DNA of 40,350 bases from IMG/VR virus record IMGVR_UViG_3300045988_141150; one strand, 5' to 3'. Each line of letters opens with the position of its first letter. Position 1 is the first letter of the stretch. The stretch is from a virus. Under the pieces are notes generated by a model. It did not search any database, had not been told where the DNA came from, and was given only the letters and a program-made list of their open reading frames with translations. Made by a program: the position numbers and the translations under genes. Positions 18,076 to 28,281 of the stretch are shown here, piece after piece.

Positions 18076-18095
18076 ATAAAAAAATATAATATAAT
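18067..18095 (+). promoter_or_regulatory. Family-A promoter.
   Basis: It matches the motif. Confidence 0.5.
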
Positions 18096-18140
18096 ATATA
18101 TATAAAGTTAAGAAAGGTATTAAAAAGAGGTTGATAAGAT

Positions 18141-19745
18141 ATGGCTAATTTATTTGAACTCCTTTCCAAAGAAGATTGCGAAAAGATTGAATGGTATATC
18201 CGTAATTTTGCGGGCCTCGGTGGAGATAGTTCCGATATGAAGGCGTCTCTCGACTACATTCTCCGCTTTTGGGCTTATAATAAGCAGAGTCTTTATAAAA
18301 TGTTGGGAGATAATCTTATCATTTCTCGTAAGGTAAGTTATTCTCGCACTTATGAAGATATGAGTGATGATTTTTATGATTATTTCGGTAGAAATGGTGA
18401 TGGATATGAATTCCGAAATACCTTTAATAATAAGGTAAGAGATCTTTATCTTAAAACAGACATCTCTGATACTCAGTATTTTAATCTGGTAAATCTTTTG
18501 GATGTTGAGCCTTTAATGTCTAACATTTATGATGGGGAATCTTTTAAATTCACTTATAACAATAAAACTCTTATGATTAATAAGGGTATGAAGCTTAGTA
18601 AGATGCTTGGTAAGATGAGTGATATCTTGGAGATTGACCGCGATATCTATGAAAAGTTCCGTATCGCTCATTCTCAGTTCCTTAATCAGAAAAATATCTC
18701 TGGTGAACTCTGTCTTTCTATTCATCCTCTTGACTATATCACTATGAGTGATAATGATTGCGGTTGGGATTCTTGTATGAGATGGCAGAGTGGTGGTGGT
18801 GAATATCGTCAGGGAACCGTTGAGATGATGAATTCTCCCATTATCCTCGAAGCTTACCTTAAATCTGATAAGGATATGGAACTTTGGTATAAGAACGGTC
18901 AGCCTGTTATGTGGAATAGTAAGCGTTGGCGCGAGCTTTTCATTGTAGATAAAAGCCTTATTCTTGGCATTAAGGGTTATCCTTATTGTAATGAAAATCT
19001 TGAAAGCATTTGTCTTGCTTGGATCAAAAAGCTCGCTGAACAGAATCTTGGTTTTGGCCCTTATACCAAGTATTTAAATCAGATTCATAATTACAGTAAT
19101 AACATTATTGGCGAGCTTGACAGAAATATTTATTTCAATCTTGATACCAATTTCATGTATAATGATATCTACTCAGAGCATAATGCTTACGTTTCCACTA
19201 AAATTCCTACGGATGAAAGCGTTAATCTTAACTACTCGGGTGAATCTGAGTGCATGTGTTGCGGAGAACTTCTTGATGATTCTCTTCTCGATGATAGAGA
19301 GAATAACGCGGAAATGACCATTTGCCCAAGTTGTTCGGGCACAGTAAAGTGCGATAAGTGTGGCGATATTGTTTATGTCGATGACACTTATAATGTCGAT
19401 GGAAGAACTTACTGCGCTTATTGTTATGACGAAAACACAGAAGTTTGTCCTTGTTGCGGAGTCCGCAAAGACTATGATGACATGAAGCAAATCCGCCTTC
19501 GATTCCAGAAGAAGCCAGTTGGGTTCTATACGGATATTTGTTGGGATTGCTGTGAGGATAAAAAAGTAAAAACCTTCTTCAGTGGTGAAATTGAAGAAGA
19601 TAGAGATGGTTGGCGCTCCAATTATTATGTCGATGGAGAAACTCTCACTAAAAAGGGCAGAGACCTCTTTAATATTAGTGAAAAGGAATTTATTTCTTGG
19701 GCTATTGGCACCAACCCAAATCAAAGACCTTCTTTGATTTTTTAA
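18141..19745 (+). CDS. Large protein of 534 aa with a C-terminal cluster of CxxC zinc ribbons. It is a paralogue of the gene at 22274..23704.
   Basis: The shared motif is GELCLSIHPLDYITMSDNDCGWDSCM against GTLCFSVHPLDFLSVSENTYNWRSCH. It is followed by WNSKRWRELF against WNSKKWRMLL. Confidence 0.6.
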   Translation: MANLFELLSKEDCEKIEWYIRNFAGLGGDSSDMKASLDYILRFWAYNKQSLYKMLGDNLIISRKVSYSRTYEDMSDDFYDYFGRNGDGYEFRNTFNNKVRDLYLKTDISDTQYFNLVNLLDVEPLMSNIYDGESFKFTYNNKTLMINKGMKLSKMLGKMSDILEIDRDIYEKFRIAHSQFLNQKNISGELCLSIHPLDYITMSDNDCGWDSCMRWQSGGGEYRQGTVEMMNSPIILEAYLKSDKDMELWYKNGQPVMWNSKRWRELFIVDKSLILGIKGYPYCNENLESICLAWIKKLAEQNLGFGPYTKYLNQIHNYSNNIIGELDRNIYFNLDTNFMYNDIYSEHNAYVSTKIPTDESVNLNYSGESECMCCGELLDDSLLDDRENNAEMTICPSCSGTVKCDKCGDIVYVDDTYNVDGRTYCAYCYDENTEVCPCCGVRKDYDDMKQIRLRFQKKPVGFYTDICWDCCEDKKVKTFFSGEIEEDRDGWRSNYYVDGETLTKKGRDLFNISEKEFISWAIGTNPNQRPSLIF

Positions 19746-19762
19746 AAAAAATAATATATAAT
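19734..19762 (+). promoter_or_regulatory. Family-A promoter: TTGATT, a 17-nt spacer, TATAAT.
   Basis: It matches the motif. Confidence 0.6.
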
Positions 19763-19835
19763 ATTTATGTAAGGTAAAGGAAGAAATACTTCCTAAAAAT
19801 AAAATTGTTATTTATGAAAGGTTAAGGTAAAAATT

Positions 19836-20273
19836 ATGACTAATGAAGTTAAGGTTTCTAAGCGTGAAATGTTTGAGGCAATTAAAGGTCTGGCTGAGAG
19901 TGGCGCTCTGCACATGGTAGACTTCAATGAGAACATCACTGACGAGGCTGTCGCTGAGTTCTGCGCGAACGAGATTGACCTGCTTGATAAGAAGGCTGCT
20001 AAGGCTAAGGAGCGTGCGGCTGCCAAGAAGGCAGAGGGCGATGAGCTGACTGAGCAGATTTATAATGTTCTTTCTAGCGATGAGTTTATGACTATCCCCG
20101 AGATTGTCAAGGCTCTTGGCGATGAGGATGTCTCTGCGCAGAAGGCAAGCTATCGACTTCGCACTCTTGTGAGCGAGAATCGTGCGGAGAAGACTGAGGT
20201 TTCCGTTCCGGGTACTGATGGCGGTAAGGCGTCCAAGAAAGTGGCTTATCGAAAGATTGTCGCTGAGGACTAA
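19836..20273 (+). CDS. Hypothetical protein of 145 aa in a GC-richer segment.
   Basis: The ORF is in the track, with an AAGGTAAAAATT RBS. A terminator lies downstream. Confidence 0.55.
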   Translation: MTNEVKVSKREMFEAIKGLAESGALHMVDFNENITDEAVAEFCANEIDLLDKKAAKAKERAAAKKAEGDELTEQIYNVLSSDEFMTIPEIVKALGDEDVSAQKASYRLRTLVSENRAEKTEVSVPGTDGGKASKKVAYRKIVAED

Positions 20274-20288
20274 GAGCTAAATGATTAA

Positions 20289-20319
20289 ATGGACTGAAAA
20301 TTTTTCAGTCCATTTTTTC
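20289..20319 (+). terminator. Rho-independent terminator.
   Basis: Hairpin ATGGACTGAAAA-TTTTTCAGTCCAT followed by a T-run. Confidence 0.75.
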
Positions 20320-20391
20320 TTGTTATCTGCTTCGACCGGTGCTGGTCGCATATACCGAAAGTCCAAAAGTAAAAAGCCGTTTAGAATTTTC

Positions 20392-20420
20392 TTGACAAAA
20401 TTGGAGTTTTTTGTTATAAT
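20392..20420 (+). promoter_or_regulatory. Canonical sigma70 promoter: TTGACA, a 17-nt spacer, TATAAT.
   Basis: Both hexamers are perfect consensus. Confidence 0.65.
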
Positions 20421-20597
20421 TATATTATAAAGGAGTGATATAATTTGAAATATTGTGTTTCTGTGCGTCAACCTGATGTTGTTCGCGAGAAAGCTGATGA
20501 ACTTATGGTTAATTATAATGATATAAATATTATGTATGATATGATTTAGAAATTTCCAAATAAACGATATATTATCAGAATCCGCAAAAATGAAGAA

Positions 20598-20813
20598 GTG
20601 AATTGGGAAGAGATTGATTCATTTAAGGATAAAGTCGATCTTATTGTAGCATTTGAAGATATGCTTACCCGCAATGGATGTAATATTGATGTAAAGTATT
20701 ATTTTGCTTATCCTGCTACTACGTGGGCAGAAGTCCGCGTTCTCCTTGATCTTGGAGTTAGCGAACTTTTCATCGGGGCACCGCTTACATTTGATTTAAG
20801 ACAATTAAATTAG
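20598..20813 (+). CDS. Hypothetical protein of 71 aa with a GTG start. It may read through its TAG into the gene at 20835..21245.
   Basis: The ORF is in the track and ends in TAG. The downstream ORF is in the same frame, 7 codons later. Confidence 0.45.
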   Translation: MNWEEIDSFKDKVDLIVAFEDMLTRNGCNIDVKYYFAYPATTWAEVRVLLDLGVSELFIGAPLTFDLRQLN

Positions 20814-20834
20814 CAAGCAAAAGTTCCAATTCGT

Positions 20835-21245
20835 ATGATTGCGAATAAGTGCTATGACGATAACCTTCCAAGAGAAAATGGAATATGCGGTTCTTACGTT
20901 CGACCGGAAGACGTAGATTATTATGGAACATATGTCTCAACTTTAGAATTCGATGAACCTGCGCTCTCTAAAGAAGCTGTGCTTTTGGATATTTATCAAA
21001 GTGGTCATTGGCAAGGTAATCTAAACCTTTTATTAACTAATTTAAATTATAATGTGGATAATCGTGGAATTCCCGAAGATTTTGGCCCCAACCGCATCAA
21101 TTGCGGTCAGCGCTGTCAGCGACAAGGGACGTGTCATTATTGTGAAACCGCATTTATATTTTCTCGTGTTATAGATAAAGCCGTTCAAGCAAGTAAGCAG
21201 AATAATCCTATCCCCGAAGCGGAAGAAGACTCAATTGACAAATAA
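20835..21245 (+). CDS. Hypothetical Cys-containing protein of 136 aa.
   Basis: The ORF is in the track. Confidence 0.5.
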   Translation: MIANKCYDDNLPRENGICGSYVRPEDVDYYGTYVSTLEFDEPALSKEAVLLDIYQSGHWQGNLNLLLTNLNYNVDNRGIPEDFGPNRINCGQRCQRQGTCHYCETAFIFSRVIDKAVQASKQNNPIPEAEEDSIDK

Positions 21246-21296
21246 AAAAAATAATGTTATAATATAAATATAAGATAAAAGATAGGAGAATAAACT

Positions 21297-22403
21297 GTGA
21301 GAGGTTTTAAAACTAATGAACTTTGGTTATTTGAATATCTGGTTCGCTCGACACAAGATGAGTTAAGAGAATATGTTGCCGATGTATTGAAAGCTAAATA
21401 TACTGAAGTAGTTATTACTAAAGAGTATGTTTGTGCGGTTGGCGATATTCCTATTGCTTTAGTAGCTCATCTTGATACTGTGTTTGAGAAACCGGTCAAA
21501 GATTTATATTATGATACAAGAAAAAATGTGCTTTGGTCGCCCGATGGTCTTGGCGCAGATGATAGAGCAGGAGTATATGCGATTCTTCATATTTTGAGAA
21601 ATACATCTTTGCGTCCTTCTATTATTTTTACCACTGATGAAGAAATTGGTGGATTGGGCGCCGAAGCATTAGTATTACAATATTTTGAGTGTCCATTTCC
21701 CAATCTGAAATATATTATTCAGTTGGATAGACAAGGCACAAATGATTGTGTGTTTTATGACCTTTACAATCCTAAATTCATTGATTACATTGAATCTTTT
21801 GGATTTGTAGAGGATTTTGGCACGTTTAGTGATATTAGTGTTTTATGTCCTGAATGGAAAATTTGTGGCGTGAATCTTTCAGTAGGTTATAAAAATGAAC
21901 ATAACCGTATTGAAACATTAAATGCGGGTGCTCTTTTTGATACGATTAATAAGGTAATCCGCATGCTCAAAGAGAAAGATATTCCTAATTTTGAGTATTA
22001 TCGTAATTATCATAGTATTTGGTTCGATAATATTTGTAAGAATTTTCCAACTGATGGCGATGGATTCTACGTTCATTGTAGAGGATGCGGTCAGTTATTT
22101 AGTGAATATGAAACATTTCCAGTAAAGGGATTAGATGGACATACATGTTTTTATTGCCCTGATTGTATTCCCAGTAATGTTGAATGGTGTGCGGAGTGTG
22201 AAGAGGCATTTGAGATTGACCCTGCGAACCCACACAGCGAGTATTGTAAAGATTGTATTGGAGGATTAGTCAAATGTCATATGACTTCGACATCGAAAGC
22301 ATTAAAGAACAGTTCAACAAAGTCATCAGTTACTCCCAAGGAATCAGTAATCCAAAAACAGAAGAACTATTCGAAAGATTCCTCGAAGCCAAAAAAGACT
22401 TAA
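21297..22403 (+). CDS. M20/M28-like Zn metallopeptidase domain followed by a C-terminal zinc ribbon. The true 3' end is uncertain.
   Basis: The motifs HLDTV, DGLGADDRAGV and TTDEEIGGLGA are present, with CxxC pairs at the C-terminus. The last 130 nt overlap the next gene in another frame. Confidence 0.5.
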   Translation: MRGFKTNELWLFEYLVRSTQDELREYVADVLKAKYTEVVITKEYVCAVGDIPIALVAHLDTVFEKPVKDLYYDTRKNVLWSPDGLGADDRAGVYAILHILRNTSLRPSIIFTTDEEIGGLGAEALVLQYFECPFPNLKYIIQLDRQGTNDCVFYDLYNPKFIDYIESFGFVEDFGTFSDISVLCPEWKICGVNLSVGYKNEHNRIETLNAGALFDTINKVIRMLKEKDIPNFEYYRNYHSIWFDNICKNFPTDGDGFYVHCRGCGQLFSEYETFPVKGLDGHTCFYCPDCIPSNVEWCAECEEAFEIDPANPHSEYCKDCIGGLVKCHMTSTSKALKNSSTKSSVTPKESVIQKQKNYSKDSSKPKKT

Positions 22404-23704
22404 TTAAATTTTTTCACGGTCATTTAATTTATGAATGGCCGGAAAAGGTATCTTTTTCCTTAGATGATAAAACTAAAGAGCATCGTCTTGAAGAGTTTCT
22501 TGAAACAATTAATTATACTTATAATAATGAAGACTTAAAGGATTTTATTTCAGTAAATAAAGAAGGATTCTTTAACAATACAGTTATAGATACTTATTTC
22601 TATAAAGATAAAAAGATTCCAAGAGGAATGAAATTAGTTAAGGCTTTTAAGTATTTTGAAGAGAATCCACGCTCTTTGGAAGATATTCAGAATTACGCAA
22701 GTCGTATTATCCAAGAGGACAAGATTGAGGGAACATTATGTTTCTCAGTTCATCCTTTGGATTTTTTAAGCGTAAGTGAAAATACTTATAATTGGCGCTC
22801 TTGCCATGCACTTGACGGCGAATATAGAGCAGGAAATTTATCTTACATGGTAGATAAAAGCACTTTTATTTGTTATTTGCGCGGAGCAGAGAATCAGAAA
22901 CTTCCGCATTTCCCTGAAGATGTTCTTTGGAATTCTAAGAAATGGCGTATGCTTCTTTACATGGAAGATAAGCGACGTGGTTTAATGGCTGGTCGTCAAT
23001 ATCCTTTTATGACAACCAATGCTTTAATTAAAATTAAAGATATTATCAATACTTTTGATAAGACTTTTCAGTTGCGTGAATGGGTAGATGGAGGTATTAA
23101 TACTGTTTCTAATAGGATGAGCACTACTTCTTTTGATGAAGAAACTATTGGATTATCCGAGACATGGATTCCTATTTTATCTCGTTTATATCCTATTAGT
23201 GATATTGTTGAAGATATTGGCGAGCATACTCTTCAATATAATGATTTGCTTTATTCTTCTTGCTATTTACCCATTTATAGTTTAAAATTGTATTATTATC
23301 CATTAGAGACTGATCTTCCTCATTGGTCTATTGGTGGCGATGTCCCTTGTTTACAATGCGGTAAAACTATTATCGAAAGTGGAGAATATATGCGATGCGG
23401 AGACTGTGAATTCAATTATGGAGTAAACGAAGATGATAATTACGGTTATTGCGCTTGTTGCGGTTCTCGTATAATCCTTGATGAAGCAAATTCCGTAGGC
23501 GATGAGAATGAATTGGTTTGCGATAGTTGTGCAGATACTTATTGTAAACGATGCGAATGTTGTAATAATTTATATTATACAGAAGATATTCACTATCATA
23601 AAGGAACTGATATGTATTTATGTCCTTGGTGTTTTAGAGATGCTGATGAAGAAAAAGTTAATAATTTTAGGTCTTTAAAAGACTTTATACATAATTTTAG
23701 TTAA
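22274..23704 (+). CDS. Large protein with C-terminal zinc ribbons. It is a paralogue of the gene at 18141..19745.
   Basis: ATG at 22274 follows a GGAGGATTAGTC RBS, within track ORF 22253..23704. Confidence 0.6.
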   Translation: MSYDFDIESIKEQFNKVISYSQGISNPKTEELFERFLEAKKDLIKFFHGHLIYEWPEKVSFSLDDKTKEHRLEEFLETINYTYNNEDLKDFISVNKEGFFNNTVIDTYFYKDKKIPRGMKLVKAFKYFEENPRSLEDIQNYASRIIQEDKIEGTLCFSVHPLDFLSVSENTYNWRSCHALDGEYRAGNLSYMVDKSTFICYLRGAENQKLPHFPEDVLWNSKKWRMLLYMEDKRRGLMAGRQYPFMTTNALIKIKDIINTFDKTFQLREWVDGGINTVSNRMSTTSFDEETIGLSETWIPILSRLYPISDIVEDIGEHTLQYNDLLYSSCYLPIYSLKLYYYPLETDLPHWSIGGDVPCLQCGKTIIESGEYMRCGDCEFNYGVNEDDNYGYCACCGSRIILDEANSVGDENELVCDSCADTYCKRCECCNNLYYTEDIHYHKGTDMYLCPWCFRDADEEKVNNFRSLKDFIHNFS

Positions 23705-23716
23705 GGAGAATTAGAT

Positions 23717-24022
23717 ATGGCTAAAGGTACAGTAGCTAAGGAACAGATCGCCAAGAAAATGGCGGAAGTATTTGGCGCTGATTGGATCGGCGAGCGAGAT
23801 AAAAAGTATTATCTTTGGGCTAACGAGAATGGTGAGCGAATTCAAATTGCTATTAGTATGACATGCCCAAAGACTCCGGTTGGTGAAGCAGGTGCAACCA
23901 CGGATTCAAATGTTTTGAATTTTGAAGATGGGGCAACCGCAGGTGGAGAAACCCCGATTGAAATTACTACAGATGAAAAGAAAAATGTTGCTGATTTGAT
24001 GGCAAGATTAGGATTGAATTGA
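23717..24022 (+). CDS. Hypothetical protein of 101 aa.
   Basis: The ORF is in the track, with an AAGGAGAATTAGAT RBS. Confidence 0.55.
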   Translation: MAKGTVAKEQIAKKMAEVFGADWIGERDKKYYLWANENGERIQIAISMTCPKTPVGEAGATTDSNVLNFEDGATAGGETPIEITTDEKKNVADLMARLGLN

Positions 24023-24027
24023 TTTAA

Positions 24028-24062
24028 AGAGTAATGTCATTTGACATTACTCTTTTTTTTTG
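24028..24062 (+). terminator. Rho-independent terminator at the early/late boundary.
   Basis: Hairpin AGAGTAATGTCA-TT-TGACATTACTCT followed by a run of nine T. Confidence 0.75.
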
Positions 24063-24194
24063 TTATTATTTATTTAGTAAAAATGATAAATGGTTAGGTT
24101 TAACCGAAATTAAAAAATAAAATAAAATAAATTTTTAATAAAAATAGGATATATAGTATCCTAATTATTTATTTTATTAGGAGGAATTTTAATA

Positions 24195-24611
24195 ATGACT
24201 GAATTAAATAATACCTTTAAGGTAGTTGTTACTGACAATGAAGGCAAAGAGACTGAAAGTATTATAACTGGTCCTATTGTTTTTTCTACAAGTATTAATG
24301 GAGAAACTAGCGGAATTAAATATACTTTTAGACTTCGTGAATATTCAAAAGGCTATGATGTTGAAACTTTAAGTTTACCTAAAGTTTCTGCTCAGCTTAT
24401 TGGAAATTTTGATCGTTCAAAGGTTGCTAAAATTGGTGTATATTATTTAGCTGTTTCTAATGATTATAGAAAAGTTTTTGAAAAAAATGTTGCCAATATT
24501 GCTGAAATGGTATTCGAATATAATAATGATATTGGAGATAAGTCATATGCTAATAGTTATAACACTATAGCAGAGCTTAATATAACTTATACTCCCGAGG
24601 CTGTAAATTAA
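24195..24611 (+). CDS. Hypothetical protein of 138 aa, the first gene of the late block. It contains no TAG.
   Basis: The ORF is in the track, with a TAGGAGGAATTTT RBS. Confidence 0.55.
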   Translation: MTELNNTFKVVVTDNEGKETESIITGPIVFSTSINGETSGIKYTFRLREYSKGYDVETLSLPKVSAQLIGNFDRSKVAKIGVYYLAVSNDYRKVFEKNVANIAEMVFEYNNDIGDKSYANSYNTIAELNITYTPEAVN

Positions 24612-24624
24612 GGAGAGAATATAA

Positions 24625-25347
24625 ATGGCTGGTAGTCGTATTTCATGGAGCGATGTTCGCGCTCTATATGATACTTTAAATACTGCTTAGACTCGTTTTT
24701 CTCAATCTCGCACGGCTGCTCCCTCAAATGAGGGGCGTCGTACGAGAGAAAGTGACATTACTACTTTAAAAAATGAAATTGAAAATTTAAGAAATGTTTC
24801 TTATGTAGGAACTTAGGCTACTTTTTCTAATTTTACCGCTCCAAGAGCTAATGAACTTATGAAACGAGTCCCTTTAGAGGAAATTAGAAGTAAACTTGAT
24901 ACTATAAATGGCATTTGCGCCTATGATGGAGCGAATTATACAAGCAATAATGGTTATCGTGGTGCTAACTATACAAGTAATAATAGTCAACGTTCTTCTT
25001 ATTATTCAAGTAATGATGCTCAACGTTCTTCTTATTATTCAAGTAATAATGCTCAACGTGCTTCAGATTATTCAAGTAATAATGCTCAACGTTCTTCAGA
25101 TTATTCAAGTAATAATGCTCAACGTTCTTCAAATTATTCAAGTAACTATACTTATTATACTGCTAATTATTCAAGTAATAATGGTCATAGATCTGCTAAC
25201 TATAGTAGTAATAATGGTAATAGATCTTCTAACTATAGTAGTAATAATTCTCAACGTTCTTCAAATTATTCAAGTAATTATACTTATAGAAGTGCTTATG
25301 CTTCTAGAAGTTCAAATCGTAGTGGCGCTGGTAGAGTACGCTCTTAA
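24625..25347 (+). CDS. Repeat protein of 240 codons with two in-frame TAG. About 12 tandem 11-residue repeats of the form (A/S)xY(S/T)SNNxQRS follow a 100-residue N-terminal region. It is a candidate multi-core RiPP precursor.
   Basis: ATG follows an AAGGAGAGAAT RBS. The frame is continuous with track ORF 24859..25347 through TAG codons at 24688 and 24814. The underlying nucleotides form a 33-nt tandem repeat. Confidence 0.55.
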
Positions 25348-25378
25348 TTTTTTGAGAAAAAGGAGTTTTATAATATAA

Positions 25379-26878
25379 ATGTTTAAAGAAATGGATATTA
25401 GAGCAATATCTTTAGTTTCTTCATGTGGATGTAATTTACATTGTAAATATTGTCTTATTGAGAATACTTTAAATAATTGCTCTGCAAATTTACAACATGA
25501 AACTATTAAAGCTTTAAATGATGGTACTTTTTTAAATAATGTAAAAGGTATTTTTAAACGTTTAAATCTTGATAGATATAAAATAGAATGTTTTACTTTA
25601 TGGGGTCAAGAGCCTACATTGACATTACATCTTCTTACTGATCATTTGGAAGATTGGTTTAATTATTTCCCAAATATTAATCATATTGACTATTCTACTA
25701 ATGGGATGGATTTTCCTGAAAGAACTGTTAATTTTATTAAAAAGGTTGATGAATTAGCAAATAATGAACTTGCTTTAGAAGTTCAATTCTCTTATGATGG
25801 CACTTACTCAACCAATAATATTAGAAATGCTAATAATGAAAAAATCTTTGAGACTGCTTCAACTGTAATTAAAGAATTAAATAAAATTAAATTTCATAAT
25901 GTAAATGTATCTATTCAATTACATGGTGTTCTTTCTGGAGCTTTAATTCATGAACTTAATACAACTCAAAAAGTTCATGATTATTATAAAGATTTAGATA
26001 ATTTTGGATTTGAATTAGCTGATATTAATCTTAATTAGAGAGTTGAAGTAAATAGTAGTGTATCTATTTGCCCTGAGAATCCAAGAGATGGATCAGTTGA
26101 TGAACGTATTGAATATGAGTCTTTCTTACAACGCATTGTTAATATTGATGTAAGTGATTTTCATGACCCACATCTTCCAGTTAGTATTATTATTGGTTAT
26201 CGTCATCTTTATGAAGAAGTATTTTCTGATTTACATGGATTTACTGGAGAAGATCGTCCAATTACGCCCCAAGAATTAATGCGATTAGTTATGGAAGGAA
26301 ATCAAGAAGCAATTACTGTAGCTTCAAGAAATAATTTTTGTAGTGGTAATTTTAATGAATTAAAATTACTTTATGATGGTACTATGATGTCTTGTCAAAA
26401 CTTTATGTTTGATCTTGATGGTAATAATGTTAAAGATGATGGTACTATTGGAGCACAATTGAGAAAAGACACTCGTCGCACTAAAACTGATTGCATTAAT
26501 CTTTTAACTGATAGTGAAGAAGATATTAATAAAGTTATATATAAATATAATATGTATAAAACACATTCCTTCCCATTTATGTTTCAAGCAACTGTAAATA
26601 CTTTACAAATGCTTAATGAATGCAATCAATTAAATTCTATTTACAAGTATAATCCTGATAAATTATTAAGATTGGCATTAATTGCAACAAAAATTGATGC
26701 TTGTACTTATAATAATTTTATTTCTTCTGGTAGCGCGTTGTTAAGAAGTGTAGGCACTTTAAGAACTCAATCAGCACTATTTATGTATGTAGATAGAGAA
26801 AATAATTTACTTAAACCCGAAGAAGAATGGTTCCGAAATACTGAAAATATGAATGAATATAGAGGAGAAAGTAATTAA
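25379..26878 (+). CDS. Radical SAM enzyme of about 499 codons with one in-frame TAG at 26036.
   Basis: It carries CGCNLHCKYC, a CxxxCxxC motif. Track ORFs 25379..26038 and 26279..26878 are in the same frame, joined through a TAG with no TAA or TGA between them. Confidence 0.6.
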
Positions 26879-28281
26879 TGAATATTAGTGAAGGTTGTCA
26901 ATTAGATAATAATAAATATTTTGAAAAATTTATAGATAATTATATTTTTAATAGGGATCACCAAGAGGAAGGATACTGGATTAATGGAGAGTCTTTTGAG
27001 CTTATTATAAGACCCGAATGTAATCAACAATGTGAATATTGTTATGTTGCACGGTATGGAGATAAACTCTATCCGATGGAGAAACGCGCCGATAAGGAAA
27101 CTCTTGTTCATAATACAGATATTATTTTGAATTATATCTTTAAAGAAAGAAAAGTTTTATTTCATGAAATGGAACTTTTTGCTGGAGATTTATTTTATGA
27201 TGATATTGGATTTGAAATTCTCGAATTAATGTTTAAATATTATAAAGAATTATTTGATGAACATCCAAATATTTTTAATTTCCATCCTCGTATTGTAATT
27301 CCTAATAATTTTAGTTTTGCTATTGATGATAAAAAAGCTAAAAAAATGGAAGAGCTTTTAGCTAAATTTAAAACTATCAATATGGAAATAAGCCTTTCTT
27401 GTTCTATAGATGGACCTTATAATAGTGTGCGCGAGCGCGATAAAGATGATAGTTATTATACTAAAATTCTTGAATTCCTTCAAAGAAATCCTTGTGGTAT
27501 TCATCCTATGATTTCTCCAAGTAATATTGAGAGTGCTATTAAGAATTTTGATTGGTGGGACGAACAATATGAAAAGTATAATCTTGCTGGTGAAGACATT
27601 CATGATTTTCAACCTATGTATTTGGAAGTCCGCAATGATGAATGGACTGATGAGAAATTAGATCATTATCTTGAATTTTTAACTCATATGCTTGAAGTAA
27701 GATTTCATAAAAATGGTGAGTCTGTAGATAAATTGGCAAGACATATTTTCTTAGGAGATGGAAAAGAAGGTTCTTTACCTTGTCTTGGTAATTATGACCC
27801 TATTGGATTAACTTCTACTTGGAATAGTGAAGAATATACTTGCGCGATTTCGCATTAGACTTGTCTTTATGTGGCGAGTTTTGAATTTGCGCCTTGCCAT
27901 AGAACTTCTTATCCTCAGTTTCTTGGTGGACGTCTTGATGTAAAAGATGACAAAGTAGTTGGTATTACTGCAATTAATCCTACTGTGTATAGTGTAATTA
28001 AAACGAATAATACACATATGAATATTGGTTGTTTAACTTGTCCTTTTGATCCTTATTGTTTAAAAGGATGTTTAGGCGCTCAGTATGAAGCCACAGGTGA
28101 TTTATTTGTTCCCGGTGAAAGCGTTTGTAAATTACATAAAACACATTTAACTTTTTTAGTAAAGACTTATTGTGAGTTGGGATTAACTAAAATTGCAGTT
28201 GAAAAAAATTATTTTAAGAGTGAAGCAGATAAAGAAAAATGGCTTACTTTATGTCGTAAATTGGGGTATTATAATGATTGA
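26878..28281 (+). CDS. Radical SAM/SPASM-domain enzyme of about 467 codons with one in-frame TAG at 27856.
   Basis: It has an N-terminal CNQQCEYC radical SAM motif. Its C-terminal Cys cluster CLTCPFDPYCLKGCLG...VCKLH has the SPASM pattern. Track ORFs 26878..27858 and 27871..28281 are in the same frame. Confidence 0.6.

Noticed and set aside
8388-19724. Assorted minus-strand ORFs inside plus-strand early genes: 8388..8819, 12055..12651, 14528..14851, 14968..15738, 17148..17630 and 19173..19724.
   Set aside because: Each is fully antisense to a well-supported plus-strand gene with an RBS and operon packing. These are typical shadow ORFs.
24908-25378. A plus-strand ORF in an alternative frame through the repeat gene, MAFAPMMERIIQ...
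   Set aside because: It lies in another frame of the 33-nt tandem repeats. Its IIQVIMLNVLQ periodicity merely mirrors the repeat. The RBS-supported frame is the one beginning at 24625.
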